From a virus, in IMG/VR virus record IMGVR_UViG_3300004463_001172, positions 32,001-96,000 of that record: a stretch of DNA of 64,000 nt; one strand, given 5' to 3'. The notes beneath the pieces were generated by a model that searched no databases, was not told the origin of the DNA, and was given only the letters and a program-made list of their open reading frames with translations. The position numbers were made by a program, and so were the translations under genes. Below, piece after piece: positions 1 to 9,641 of the stretch. Within the stretch, counting starts at the first letter, position 1. Each line of letters starts with the position of its first letter.

Positions 1-3000
1 ATGGGCGCACCAGTCGGCTCCACTGTGCCGCCGCTCTGATACCCCCCACTGATGAGGGCTTTCGAGGCTTTGCGATTCATTACGAATGAGCCGGTGGGCA
101 CGCGCAGGGGTACGCTATCGCCATCACCTGAGCCGCCTACCATGAAGCGCGGCCAGGTATCGTTGACCGTGGCGAGTGCGCCCAGTTGATGCCCTGACAA
201 TGGCCCTTTGAATACCAGCTCTCCCGGCTCCGCCATGATGTGCGTCATGCCACCCATGGCAAAACGCTGCATTGGTACCAAATCCTGGGGCTGCATGGCG
301 CGGAGCGGACCGCCCCATTGCAAGCCGGAGACGAGTCCACCGAGCTGTTCCTGTTGATCCGCGCCCCCGCCTGTACTAATGCTGGCCACGACATTCACCG
401 GGAGCGGTAAGGGCTGGACACTGGTGGCTTGCACGGCTGGTGGGGGTTGCGCGGTTAGATTGACAAGTTCGAGATTGGAGAGATAGAGCGCTTGGATTTG
501 GCTTTCGAGGGCCTGCAAGCTGCTGAGCGTGGCTTCCTGAATGGCTTTGATCTGCTCATTCAGAGTTGTCGTATCTTGCGCCTCGGTCAGTTGTTCATTT
601 AGCGCATCCAAGAGCGCTTGCTCGGCTTCCAATTGCGCGAAGAACACGTCCATTTGCGCGGTGAAGCGGGCATTCTCCGCGTCTTCTTGGATTTGCAGCG
701 CATCATATTGTGCCTGGAGCGCGTCATAGGCGACATCAAGCGTTTCTTGCTGGGCTGCCAGCGCTTCCAGTTGGGCGTCAATGCCTTCTTGCTGGAGGTC
801 TAAGGCGTCTTGTTGCAGCGCCACGGCATCGCGTTGGGCATCAATGCCTTGTTGCTGCAAGTCGATCCCTGCACGTTGCGCATCAATGCCTTGCTGTTGG
901 AGGTCGATGCTTTCGCGCTGGGCGTCAATGCCTTGTTGCTGCAGCTCCAGTGCTTCAATTTGGGCGTCAATGCCTTGTTGCTGCAGCTCCAGCGCTGCTA
1001 ATTGCGTGTCAATCCCTTGTTGCTGGAGGTCCAGCGCGGCTTCTTGTGTACTGAGGGAACTTTCCATCGCCGCGAGTTGCGCTTCCTCGGTACTGAGTTG
1101 GTTGGCCGTGAGTTGGAGCTGCTGATCGATCTGCTGTTGCAATTGGATCAGACCATCATTGCCTTCTTTCTGCAGGTCGAGTTGGTTGGTCGATTGCCCC
1201 AGGGCTACGAGTTCGTTGTTCAGTTCCACGAGCTGATTCAGCGTATCGATCTGTTGTTCGCCAGTTTGGCCAGACAATTGGGCTTGCAGCTCCGCGATTC
1301 GACTGCGCAGTGCCCCCGCCGCCACCGCTGGTGCTTGTCCACCTCGCACGAGCCCTTGGACTTGCTGGCTGAGTTGGGTCAAACTCTCGACGGATTGCTG
1401 TAGGCTCTGGACGGAGTCCTGCCGCGCGGCAATTTCATCACGGAGTCCCTGGAGTTCTTCGCGCTGTTGATTGAGCGCGTCTTGTTGCAGCCCAATCGCT
1501 TCGCGCTGTTGATTGAGCGCTTTTTGCTGGAGGTCAATGGCTTTCGTTTGTTGATCTAGGGCTTTCTGTTGGAGGTCAATCACTTTCGTCTGCTGATCCA
1601 GGGCGGTTTGTTGGAGGTCAATGGCTTTCGTCTGCTGATCGAGGGCTTTTTGCTGACCATCAATCGCTTTCGTTTGTTGGTCTAAGGCTTTTTGCTGCAG
1701 GTCGAGGAGTTTCTGCTGATCGTCCACCGCATCACGCGCGGCATCAATGCGTGCTTGCTCCACATCGAGTACTGCTTTCTGCGCATCGAGCAGATCGCGT
1801 TGGGCTTGAATGGCGTCTAGGGCTGCTTCATGGGCTTCTTCGGCGGCGTCTTGCACCTCGGCATAGGCGTCGAGCACGTCTTGCTGCGCATCCACCGCGG
1901 CCTGCGCTGTTTCAATGAATTGGGCATGCTGCTCTTGCAGCAATTGGATTTGCAGCGCCGCATTGGCGATGATGTCCTGCCGCATCACTTCAAAGAGCGG
2001 AATGACCAGCGTCAAGCTATCGCTCAGCCGCAGGATTTCCTCAGCGGTCTCGTCCATGTGCTCTTTCACATCAGCTAACTTATCGGCGGTCGGGGTTAAC
2101 GTCGCGGTGAGGCTATCGATATCCTTCACTAGCGCACTCAGCACCGGGGCCAACTGTTGCGCGGCAATGACGATGCCGGCCAATTCCGGGGTCAAGGCCG
2201 CGACTTCTTGGGGGATGGCGGCCGCGAGTACAATCCCCTTGAAAAAGTTCTCCTGTGGACCGGTGAGGGCTGCTTTGAGGCTATTGGTCAAATCATTGGC
2301 GAAGTTTTGCATAAAGGCGGTGACACGGGTCTTGACCGGACTGAGATTGCGCTCGACATCATCATTGGCGACTTTTTCTAACTCGGCAATCGCCACGTTG
2401 AAGGTTTTGAGCACGTTGACCATGCCTTGGGAGGCTGCGGGGAGGAGCCGAATCTGTGTGTCGAGATCGGCCGTGGTGAGCTGCTGAAAGGCTTCGTTCA
2501 ATGGCGCTAAGAAACTAGAGCCGATTTGAATGGGAATAAAAGCTAGTTGCTCTTTAATGTCCTCCTCTAACCTCTTCGCATTGGCGCTATTCAGCGTGAG
2601 CGCGCCCGCGATGCCTTCTTCCAACGCTTGTTGTGTCGAGCCGAGGAGCGCTTCTGGATCAATAGCGACTTCGTTGATGGCCTTCAGCATGGCGTCAATC
2701 ATCTGATCGACGCCTGTACTGAGTGCATCCGCGGTTTTTGTCGCGACATCATCCCCGAGTTTTTCAGATTCTACGGTCGAGGCTGAACTCGTCCCCTGCC
2801 GAACCAATTGGCCGCTCTCGACGCCGATGCTGGAGCCCTGGAGTTGCCCGACGACCAGGCGTGGTCCCCCAGGTTTGATAAACTGGTCGAGAATCATGCC
2901 AATGGCCGCCAAGACGGCCGCGGCAATCAAGCCATAGCCGGTAAACCCCGTGGTCGTGGCGGTCCCAATGGCGGCTGCCATGAGTCCTGATGCGGACGCG

Positions 3001-6000
3001 GCGGCGAACGCTCCAGCCGCGGATGATGCGGCGTAGGCGGCCTGCGCGGCGCTGTTATTCGCATTGAGCGCGCCATAGATACCGCCCCCGACGGCAGCTA
3101 AGCCACCAGCCACACCCAAAGTAGAGAAGGCTGGACTCGCGGCTGAGCCTGTTGGAATGCCGACGTCGAATGAGAGGGCGGCGGCATCTACGGAGCTTTG
3201 CAATCCTTCGACGCCATAGAGGAGACTCGTCATGGTGTTATCGAGGGAACTGATGGTCGAGCTGAAGCCTCGCAGGAGTGAGGAACTATCGCCATAGAGG
3301 TTATACGCTTGCTTGCCTAAGCTTAAGAGAGTCGAGAGGTCGAAGCCCCCCCCAGCGGCTCCACCTCCCGCTCCTCCGGCCGCCCCCCCTGCGGCCGTGC
3401 CAAAGGCTCCTAAGAATTGTGTGGCCACGGAGATGATAATCGGCCGCAGCACCGCATAGGCGATCATGTCGGCAATGGTTTTGAAGAAAAATTGCTTGAG
3501 GCTGGTGAGCAGGTCTTTGATGCCGGTGATCTGCCCATCGAAGAGATTAAAAAGAAAATCCCCAGCCACATCGGTAGCACGTTCGACAAAGTGCCGTAGC
3601 CCTTCGCTTTCTTCGTTGAGGAGCTGCTGGCGCTCGGTTTGCTGCCGAATCTCTAAGGCTTGTTTGTCTGCGGCAAATCGGTTATCGACCTCTTGGAGTC
3701 GTGTGTATTTCAGTTCTTCATCCGTGACATTCTGCTCGATATCTTTTCTTCGTGCCTCTGCCAGACTTTCCATGCGGCGTATTTGGTTTTCAAAGTCTTT
3801 CTCTTGCAGGGCTTTGAAGCGATTCAAGCCTTCCTGCTTTGTGATGACTTCCCCTTCGACCTGCGCTTGAATCAGGCCCTTTTCTGCATCAATGACTTGC
3901 TGACGTCCCTCTAGCGTCGATTGCAGCGCTTTGACGGCTTGTTCTTCGAGTTTGAGGCGTTTGGCTTGTTCGGCCTCTTGGACTTTTGTACGCTGTGCTT
4001 CCAGCGCTGTTTGTTTTTGGTACAGATCGGTATCGAGTGCTAACTGTTTGGTGTTGGTGCTGGCTTGAGACTCTAAGAGTTGGGCTTGGATCACCGCCCG
4101 TTGGGCCGCAGCTTGCTCCGCAGAAATCAGTCCCGCTTGGACTTGCCGATCAAGACTCGCTTTCTCGGCATTGAGTTCCGCTTCTCGGAGTTTTTGGATT
4201 TGTGGGAGTGCGGCCTGTTGGGCTTCCACGCGCTTTTGCTCAGTCTCTACGGCAATCTCGGCTCGGCGAATCCCCGCCCGTTCATCAATCTGCTGTATCG
4301 CCGCCGCATTCCCTTCCGCGGCGCTGACATGCTGATTTCGCTGCTGTTCGAGCGCGTGGAGTTCCGCTGCTTCGGCATTACTAATCTGCTGCAAGCGCTG
4401 CTGGAGCGCGGATTCTGCCTGTTGGAGCCGTTGTTGCGCCCCTGCTTGTTCGAGTTGCGCGCGGGCTTGTTCAGTTTGTGTGGTAATGCCCAGAGTTTCG
4501 CTTTGCGCTTTGCGTAGCGCTTGGGCCATATTCTTGGCCACGATTTGGGCGCGTTTCTCGGCATCCTCGAGGAGTTTCCCTTGGGCATCGACAAACCCAA
4601 ACTCTTTCAGTTGTTGGGCGCGGCTCACCCCGGCAATCGGTTCGGTTAACACTCGCAGCGCCATACGATATTGCTCGACTTTCCCCTGGAGCTTGGTTAC
4701 GTCAAATGACGACTCAGCTTGGTTAAATTGGGCAATAAAGAGTTTGAGTTCGTTGAGGGAAATCGCGGCAAAATCCTGGATCGGCGCTAAGTCTCCGGCG
4801 ATTTCTCCGACCCCGACGTTGACCTTTGCTTGGGCGGCCTTCTGGACTGAGAGGATGTCTGCGCCCGTGACTGTGCCTTTGAGCCCTTCAAAAATATTGC
4901 TGGGGTTGATGGATTTCAGGGCATTCCAAGCTTTGGTGAGGAGTCCGACCTGCGCTTCCTGCTTGGCCAGTTCTGCGGTGAAATCTTGCGTGCGTTTCAC
5001 ATTATCTTGAAAGGTTTGTCCGGTCTGGTCGGAGGCTTGCCGGAGTTCGGGGAAGCGTTGTTGCAATTCGCGCATGGCCGCTGCTAAAAAACTTGTCTCG
5101 CCGACGGTGCGGTTCGTTTTGGCGGCGACCTCAGTAAAGGCTTTTCCGAGGTCGGCTGTGGTACCTTGTAAGGTGGTAAAGAGCCGCTGCAGCGGGGACA
5201 TCTCTTTGAAGGCTTGGCGCTGGGCTTCGGTACTGCGATCCACGGCGCTGGTATACGCCACATAGCCCCCGACCAGTGTTGCGAGCGCGAGTATAATGAT
5301 CCCAATCGGTCCTGTCGCTAACTTGACGAGTGTTGCACCTAATGCAATGCCCTGTGCATTGATGAGCCCCACCGCCACCGCGCCAGCGCTCGCAATCGCT
5401 GAGAGGGTGACAATCGCGGCGCCCATCGCCACGACGGTACTGATGGCACTTTGCATCGCAGGCGATAAGGCATTCACAGCGATGAGGAGTTCGGTCACCG
5501 CCGAGACGCCCGCGCGAAGCCCTGGTAAAAAGGCGCGACCGAGGGCATTGGCTGCTTCCTCTTGGAAGCGCGCCATGGATAGGAGTTGTTTCCCCGCGTC
5601 ACCCATCGCTGCCGTATAGACCCCAGCGATTCGTGCACCTTGTGTGAGCGTTTGGGTCAGTGCCACTTGCTGTTTTTCAGCGAGCGTGAGGCTCTCTACA
5701 GTTCGGCCTGTTTGCTGCGCAAAACTCCGATAGGCCTGTTCAAGGTTGACTGTCAGCCCATAGGTCCGGAAGATCTCTGGTTGGAGGGTGAGCACGGCAT
5801 GGAGCAAGCCTTGGAGGGCTTCCGAGCTGTTTTGTCCACTAATCGCCGCGGCATCTTGGGCCACGCGGGCGAGCTGCGTGGCTTTCGTGAGATCGAGGTT
5901 GTTTTGGATAAACCGGGTAATGACGGTACTGGCTTCTTGGGTGGTAATCCCCAGGGCTTTGACTTGGGCCACATACTTTTGTGATTCTTGCGTTGAGATG

Positions 6001-6758
6001 CCAGCGGTACGGGCCACTTGTCCCAGGACTGTTCCTAAGACTTCGGTCCGGGCTGCGGTCAGCGTAACTTCTTGAATAAAATTGACGAGCCCCCCGGTCA
6101 CGCGAAACGCCACAAAAAACGCGCTCACCGCAGCGGTCATTTCGCCAAATCCTGCGGTGATGACTTTTTTACTCGTTTCGGCTTCGGCGCGGAACTGCCG
6201 CTCGGCCTCGCCAATGGCGACGAGCGCTTGCTGATATTGCACCCCGGCCTTGTAGGCTTGCTGGAGGGATTGCACGGACTCGGCGCCCGCGCCCGTCAGA
6301 CTGGCGCCGCCGAGATTGGACCCTGACCGTTGTGAGGCCACTTTTTTAGCGGATGCCTCTATAGAGGCTAAGGATTGCGCGTAACTGGTATTGGCGCGAA
6401 TCGCCTCCTGAAGGCTCGCGATGGACTCTCGCTCTGCCCCCGTCATGGCGTTTACTCCCACCACGACTTTTTGGCTCGCACCCTGAACCGTCCCAAGCGT
6501 TTGCGTATATGCGGTGTTCGCTTGCCCAGCTTGCAGCCATACCGTATTGAGTGTTCCCTGGGCTGTCACGGCTTTGATGGTCTGGTCAGCCAGCTGTTGT
6601 AACCCTCGAATCAGTGTCGTATTGCCCGTACTCGTTTTCGCTTGCAGTGCGGTCATGTCGGCTGAGATCTTCGCAAATGCCTGTACTAAGGCTTCCGGAA
6701 TGCGCTTGATCTCATCCAAGCGGTTCACACTGATATTGACCGAGAGTTCAATGGCCAA
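1..6758 (-). CDS. Tape measure protein, at least 2252 aa, 3' end beyond the window edge
   Basis: Absent from the ORF track. Hand translation from TTG at 6758 gives MAIELSVNISVNRLDEIKRIPEALVQAF..., an Ala/Gln-rich helical sequence with a TMP-like core (AQVKALGITTQEAS...LARVAQDAAAISGQNSSEAL), hydrophobic stretches and C-terminal FAMGG / GDGDSVPLRVPTGSFVMN / YQSGG motifs. Start and end read in the same frame; interior spot-checked only. Lies directly after the tail chaperones. Confidence 0.92.
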   Translation of the reverse strand, partial: MAIELSVNISVNRLDEIKRIPEALVQAFAKISADMTALQAKTSTGNTTLIRGLQQLADQTIKAVTAQGTLNTVWLQAGQANTAYTQTLGTVQGASQKVVVGVNAMTGAERESIASLQEAIRANTSYAQSLASIEASAKKVASQRSGSNLGGASLTGAGAESVQSLQQAYKAGVQYQQALVAIGEAERQFRAEAETSKKVITAGFGEMTAAVSAFFVAFRVTGGLVNFIQEVTLTAARTEVLGTVLGQVARTAGISTQESQKYVAQVKALGITTQEASTVITRFIQNNLDLTKATQLARVAQDAAAISGQNSSEALQGLLHAVLTLQPEIFRTYGLTVNLEQAYRSFAQQTGRTVESLTLAEKQQVALTQTLTQGARIAGVYTAAMGDAGKQLLSMARFQEEAANALGRAFLPGLRAGVSAVTELLIAVNALSPAMQSAISTVVAMGAAIVTLSAIASAGAVAVGLINAQGIALGATLVKLATGPIGIIILALATLVGGYVAYTSAVDRSTEAQRQAFKEMSPLQRLFTTLQGTTADLGKAFTEVAAKTNRTVGETSFLAAAMRELQQRFPELRQASDQTGQTFQDNVKRTQDFTAELAKQEAQVGLLTKAWNALKSINPSNIFEGLKGTVTGADILSVQKAAQAKVNVGVGEIAGDLAPIQDFAAISLNELKLFIAQFNQAESSFDVTKLQGKVEQYRMALRVLTEPIAGVSRAQQLKEFGFVDAQGKLLEDAEKRAQIVAKNMAQALRKAQSETLGITTQTEQARAQLEQAGAQQRLQQAESALQQRLQQISNAEAAELHALEQQRNQHVSAAEGNAAAIQQIDERAGIRRAEIAVETEQKRVEAQQAALPQIQKLREAELNAEKASLDRQVQAGLISAEQAAAQRAVIQAQLLESQASTNTKQLALDTDLYQKQTALEAQRTKVQEAEQAKRLKLEEQAVKALQSTLEGRQQVIDAEKGLIQAQVEGEVITKQEGLNRFKALQEKDFENQIRRMESLAEARRKDIEQNVTDEELKYTRLQEVDNRFAADKQALEIRQQTERQQLLNEESEGLRHFVERATDVAGDFLFNLFDGQITGIKDLLTSLKQFFFKTIADMIAYAVLRPIIISVATQFLGAFGTAAGGAAGGAGGGAAGGGFDLSTLLSLGKQAYNLYGDSSSLLRGFSSTISSLDNTMTSLLYGVEGLQSSVDAAALSFDVGIPTGSAASPAFSTLGVAGGLAAVGGGIYGALNANNSAAQAAYAASSAAGAFAAASASGLMAAAIGTATTTGFTGYGLIAAAVLAAIGMILDQFIKPGGPRLVVGQLQGSSIGVESGQLVRQGTSSASTVESEKLGDDVATKTADALSTGVDQMIDAMLKAINEVAIDPEALLGSTQQALEEGIAGALTLNSANAKRLEEDIKEQLAFIPIQIGSSFLAPLNEAFQQLTTADLDTQIRLLPAASQGMVNVLKTFNVAIAELEKVANDDVERNLSPVKTRVTAFMQNFANDLTNSLKAALTGPQENFFKGIVLAAAIPQEVAALTPELAGIVIAAQQLAPVLSALVKDIDSLTATLTPTADKLADVKEHMDETAEEILRLSDSLTLVIPLFEVMRQDIIANAALQIQLLQEQHAQFIETAQAAVDAQQDVLDAYAEVQDAAEEAHEAALDAIQAQRDLLDAQKAVLDVEQARIDAARDAVDDQQKLLDLQQKALDQQTKAIDGQQKALDQQTKAIDLQQTALDQQTKVIDLQQKALDQQTKAIDLQQKALNQQREAIGLQQDALNQQREELQGLRDEIAARQDSVQSLQQSVESLTQLSQQVQGLVRGGQAPAVAAGALRSRIAELQAQLSGQTGEQQIDTLNQLVELNNELVALGQSTNQLDLQKEGNDGLIQLQQQIDQQLQLTANQLSTEEAQLAAMESSLSTQEAALDLQQQGIDTQLAALELQQQGIDAQIEALELQQQGIDAQRESIDLQQQGIDAQRAGIDLQQQGIDAQRDAVALQQDALDLQQEGIDAQLEALAAQQETLDVAYDALQAQYDALQIQEDAENARFTAQMDVFFAQLEAEQALLDALNEQLTEAQDTTTLNEQIKAIQEATLSSLQALESQIQALYLSNLELVNLTAQPPPAVQATSVQPLPLPVNVVASISTGGGADQQEQLGGLVSGLQWGGPLRAMQPQDLVPMQRFAMGGMTHIMAEPGELVFKGPLSGHQLGALATVNDTWPRFMVGGSGDGDSVPLRVPTGSFVMNRKASKALISGGYQSGGTVEPTGAP
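745..1050 (-). repeat. 42-bp / 14-aa coding tandem repeat in the TMP (ALELQQQGIDAQRE-like)
   Basis: Recurring tcaatgccttgttgctg units about every 42 bp. Confidence 0.85.
1462..1720 (-). repeat. 42-bp / 14-aa coding tandem repeat in the TMP (AIDLQQKALDQQTK, about 6 copies)
   Basis: Translation reads DLQQKALDQQTKAIDGQQKALDQQTKAIDLQQTALDQQTKVIDLQQKALDQQTKAIDLQQKALNQQRE. Confidence 0.9.
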
Positions 6759-6764
6759 GAGGTC

Positions 6765-7199
6765 TTATCCCTCTGACAGGCTCGGGTTTTTCACGACCTT
6801 TAACTTTTCCGGCTGGAGTGAGTCCTTATGCTCTCGCTCAAGCTTGGCCCATTGGCCGATGCGCTCATAGATCGCCCGTTGCTTCCAGCGATCAGTGACG
6901 CCAACTAAGCGTAAGAGAAACCCCCAATCAATGGGGTGATCTGGGATGGGGTGCAAGGATGCGAGATGCATCACTTCTCGCGCCAGCATGGACACCTCAC
7001 CGCTCTGTTGTAAGAGGAGATTAGGACAGGCCTCACAGGGGAAGTTGAACACGTCTGGGTGCTGCGCGGCCTCGGCCCGGCAATTCTCACAATTCAGCCA
7101 CGGCATGTCGAGCCGTCGTTTCACCCACGCCTCGAAAGCTCTCTTGCTCCTGAATCTGCCGCTGCGCCTCGTCATTGGCCAGATCGATCGCCATATCAA
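6765..7199 (-). CDS. Second tail assembly chaperone frame (gpT-like), probably reached by frameshift
   Basis: Overlaps the end of the upstream chaperone in the +1 frame, has CxxC...CxxC, and sits immediately before the TMP. Confidence 0.65.
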   Translation of the reverse strand: MIWRSIWPMTRRSGRFRSKRAFEAWVKRRLDMPWLNCENCRAEAAQHPDVFNFPCEACPNLLLQQSGEVSMLAREVMHLASLHPIPDHPIDWGFLLRLVGVTDRWKQRAIYERIGQWAKLEREHKDSLQPEKLKVVKNPSLSEG

Positions 7200-7512
7200 C
7201 GATCCAATTCGCCCGCTTCCCTGAGAGGCCAGCCAGTTTCAGCTTGTTTTCCAGGTTGCATGGCACCGGTTGCCCATTGGCCGTCACTCCTTCCCATGCT
7301 TCGAGGAGATAGTCATAGAGCAGTTCCCGGTGCCGCTCCTCGTCAGCTTTCTCGACTTCTTGCCCCGCGCGATCTCGCACCTTCCGTGTCGTGAGCTTCG
7401 TAAAATGGCGGATTTTGTCGGGGGTCAGCGGTTTGATGCAATACTTTTCCCCCTCCCCCCAGGGATATTCAATCCATGTCCCTTCCTCGGTACGTCCCAG
7501 ATCGAATGGCAT
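7087..7512 (-). CDS. Tail assembly chaperone (gpG-like)
   Basis: GGAGG RBS before MPFDLG; motif LLEAWEGVT...PVPCNLENK; lies between tail tube and TMP. Confidence 0.8.
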   Translation of the reverse strand: MPFDLGRTEEGTWIEYPWGEGEKYCIKPLTPDKIRHFTKLTTRKVRDRAGQEVEKADEERHRELLYDYLLEAWEGVTANGQPVPCNLENKLKLAGLSGKRANWIVDMAIDLANDEAQRQIQEQESFRGVGETTARHAVAEL

Positions 7513-7542
7513 ATAACCTCCATATCTATTGGATACCAATAA

Positions 7543-8604
7543 CTAAAATGGACTCGTAGCTATATTATTTACGAGCCGAATGGCATATCCGCCACCCCCG
7601 ACAAACGCTGGGAAGCCTGTTGGTACAGATGAGGTACTTTTCCCAGTAATCGTCGTTTCCACAGGAATGGCCGCTGGCCCGGCAATGGCCGCTGAAGCAG
7701 TTTGCACAAACGCATTTGGAAAGTAGACGTCTAGCCTATACCGCTGACTGGTACCGGGAATCGTCGGCCCGATGGCCCGGAGCCACATTTTCAGCGCCAC
7801 ATTGTTCTGAGCAGATTCGAAGAAGAAGTTCCCTGGAGTGCCGGCGGGCGCGGTCGCATAGCGAGGAAACGTCAAACGCATGGTCGCTTGTGGCGCCCCG
7901 TCGATGATGGGCTCAATCATCTGATCTGAATTATTCATCACCCAATGCTGGGATAACGGACGGTCTGAGGTGAGTTCGGCAGACGATGGTTGATACGAAT
8001 CCGCGATAAACGAGGGGGCTCCCGTCCCTCTCGCTTGGATCGCCATTTTCATTTCGCGCCACAGCACATGCAGTCCTTCCGTGCGGAAGGTGGCCGCCGT
8101 AAGGCTCGTATTCCGTTGACCGGTGGTTTTTGAATCCGTTCCAAACCCACGGGTTTGAATTTCCGTCGGGCGTCCCGCTTGCATCGTGACGGTATACCCC
8201 GAGAGTTTGGCGCTGGGAATTTCGTGGATGCTGACGCCTTTATTCACGGCGAGGGTGGCCATGACGCCGGTAATGTCGGCAGTATAGGTGTATTTATGGG
8301 CGTAGACGCCGGTGGCAATCGCAGAGACTTGCGCAGCGCCTAAGACTTGTGCGAGGACGTATTCAAAGCCGAGATAGCGGAGGTAAGCACGGAAGGCGAC
8401 ATTGACCATGCGATTGCCGTAGATGGGATTTCCCGGCCATGAGCGAGAAACGGAAGCATCATCGATAAATTCTGGGATGGCGACGCCGAAATCCTCAGAG
8501 AGATACTCGATTCCGGCGAGCGGTTTGTTACAAAGAGTCGCAACCCCCCACTGGGTTGCCCGAGCCAACGCCATCTTGGAACCAATACCTGCACCTCTTG
8601 CCAT
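7543..8604 (-). CDS. Major tail (tube) protein
   Basis: 353 aa, beta-rich and T/S/G/A-rich; canonical position between tail terminator and chaperones. Confidence 0.8.
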   Translation of the reverse strand: MARGAGIGSKMALARATQWGVATLCNKPLAGIEYLSEDFGVAIPEFIDDASVSRSWPGNPIYGNRMVNVAFRAYLRYLGFEYVLAQVLGAAQVSAIATGVYAHKYTYTADITGVMATLAVNKGVSIHEIPSAKLSGYTVTMQAGRPTEIQTRGFGTDSKTTGQRNTSLTAATFRTEGLHVLWREMKMAIQARGTGAPSFIADSYQPSSAELTSDRPLSQHWVMNNSDQMIEPIIDGAPQATMRLTFPRYATAPAGTPGNFFFESAQNNVALKMWLRAIGPTIPGTSQRYRLDVYFPNAFVQTASAAIAGPAAIPVETTITGKSTSSVPTGFPAFVGGGGYAIRLVNNIATSPF

Positions 8605-8674
8605 AGCGTGACTCCCTTATTGACGCGTCCCGAAGCATACTTCCTACTGACACGTTGCTATGGTGAACGGCCGG

Positions 8675-8703
8675 TTGACATTCCTCGCATTGTTGTCTAC
8701 AAT
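8675..8703 (+). promoter_or_regulatory. Sigma70-type promoter TTGACA-17-TACAAT, likely leaderless transcript
   Basis: ATG at 8710 lies 6 nt after the -10 box; imperfect inverted repeat 8647-8660 / 8703-8716 brackets the promoter. Confidence 0.75.
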
Positions 8704-8709
8704 AGCGAT

Positions 8710-8892
8710 ATGTCAGCGATACAAAAGCCCTCCAAGAAACTCACGAGTTTCCGATTCAATCCAGATGCTGATGCGTTGTTGGACGCCTTAGCGCAGGATA
8801 TGAACTTACCGCGAGTGTACGTCGTGGAGTTACTCATTAAAGATCGGGCGAAGCGCCGAGGATTATGTCTTCCACCAAAGGAATCACCGTAA
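8710..8892 (+). CDS. Ribbon-helix-helix (CopG-like) DNA-binding protein
   Basis: KKLTSFRFNPDADALLDALAQDMNLPRVYVVELLIK fits the RHH pattern. Confidence 0.7.
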   Translation: MSAIQKPSKKLTSFRFNPDADALLDALAQDMNLPRVYVVELLIKDRAKRRGLCLPPKESP

Positions 8893-9641
8893 TGTCGATT
8901 ATGCGGTTGCCTGTGGAACAGCGATTTTGGTCTAAAGTGAATAAAGAAACCTGTGTCGGTGATGCTTGTGGGTGCCATCAAGGTATCGATCACTGTTGGC
9001 CATGGACCGCTGGTCTGGCTCAAAACGGTTATGGGAAGTTCAAAGTCTGGGTTGACGATCATTGGACTCATGAACTTGCCCATCGAACTTCTTATCGCTT
9101 GACGCATGGGTCTATTCCTGAAGGTCTTTGGGTCTGTCATGCTTGTGATTACAAACCATGCTGTCGTCCATTACATCTTTGGCCTGGCACGGTCGCTGAT
9201 AATACCCGCGATGCCTACAACAAGGGCCGTCTTGATATGGAGGCATTATGGGCTCGTGGCTGTACTCCAGAAGTCTGGGCTCAAATCTCTGGAGAGAAAC
9301 ATTACAACGCGAAGTTGACTGAACCGCAGGTCAGAGAAATTATTGCTCTGACAGGCACTATGAGATGTCGTGATATTGCTGACCGGTATTCTGTCAGCGC
9401 TGCAACTGTGTGCTATATCCAAACCGGAAAGAAATGGAAGCATCTTACTGGCCTCGACCCATTAAATCCTCGAAGAAATCGAGGTACTCCTAAAAAACTC
9501 ACCACCGCTCAGGCGCTCGAAATCATCAAGCTTAAAGGTGTTATGACCTGTAAAGCTGTTGGTGTACGATATGGTGTCAGCCCTTCGACTGTTGCAAATA
9601 TTCAAACTGGAAAAGATTGGAAACATCTCCACGCATCCTAA
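8892..9641 (+). CDS. HNH homing endonuclease with two C-terminal HTH repeats
   Basis: RFWSKV, CWPWT, GYG, AHRTSY, VCHACDYKPCCRPLHL..GT..DN; duplicated KLT..Q..EII...Y.VS..TV..IQTGK.WKHL; antisense to the tail operon. Confidence 0.9.
   Translation: MSIMRLPVEQRFWSKVNKETCVGDACGCHQGIDHCWPWTAGLAQNGYGKFKVWVDDHWTHELAHRTSYRLTHGSIPEGLWVCHACDYKPCCRPLHLWPGTVADNTRDAYNKGRLDMEALWARGCTPEVWAQISGEKHYNAKLTEPQVREIIALTGTMRCRDIADRYSVSAATVCYIQTGKKWKHLTGLDPLNPRRNRGTPKKLTTAQALEIIKLKGVMTCKAVGVRYGVSPSTVANIQTGKDWKHLHAS

Noticed and set aside
541-6870. Many plus-strand ORFs, including Cys-rich MPCCC repeats
   Set aside because: Antisense shadows of the tape measure gene and its 42-bp repeats.
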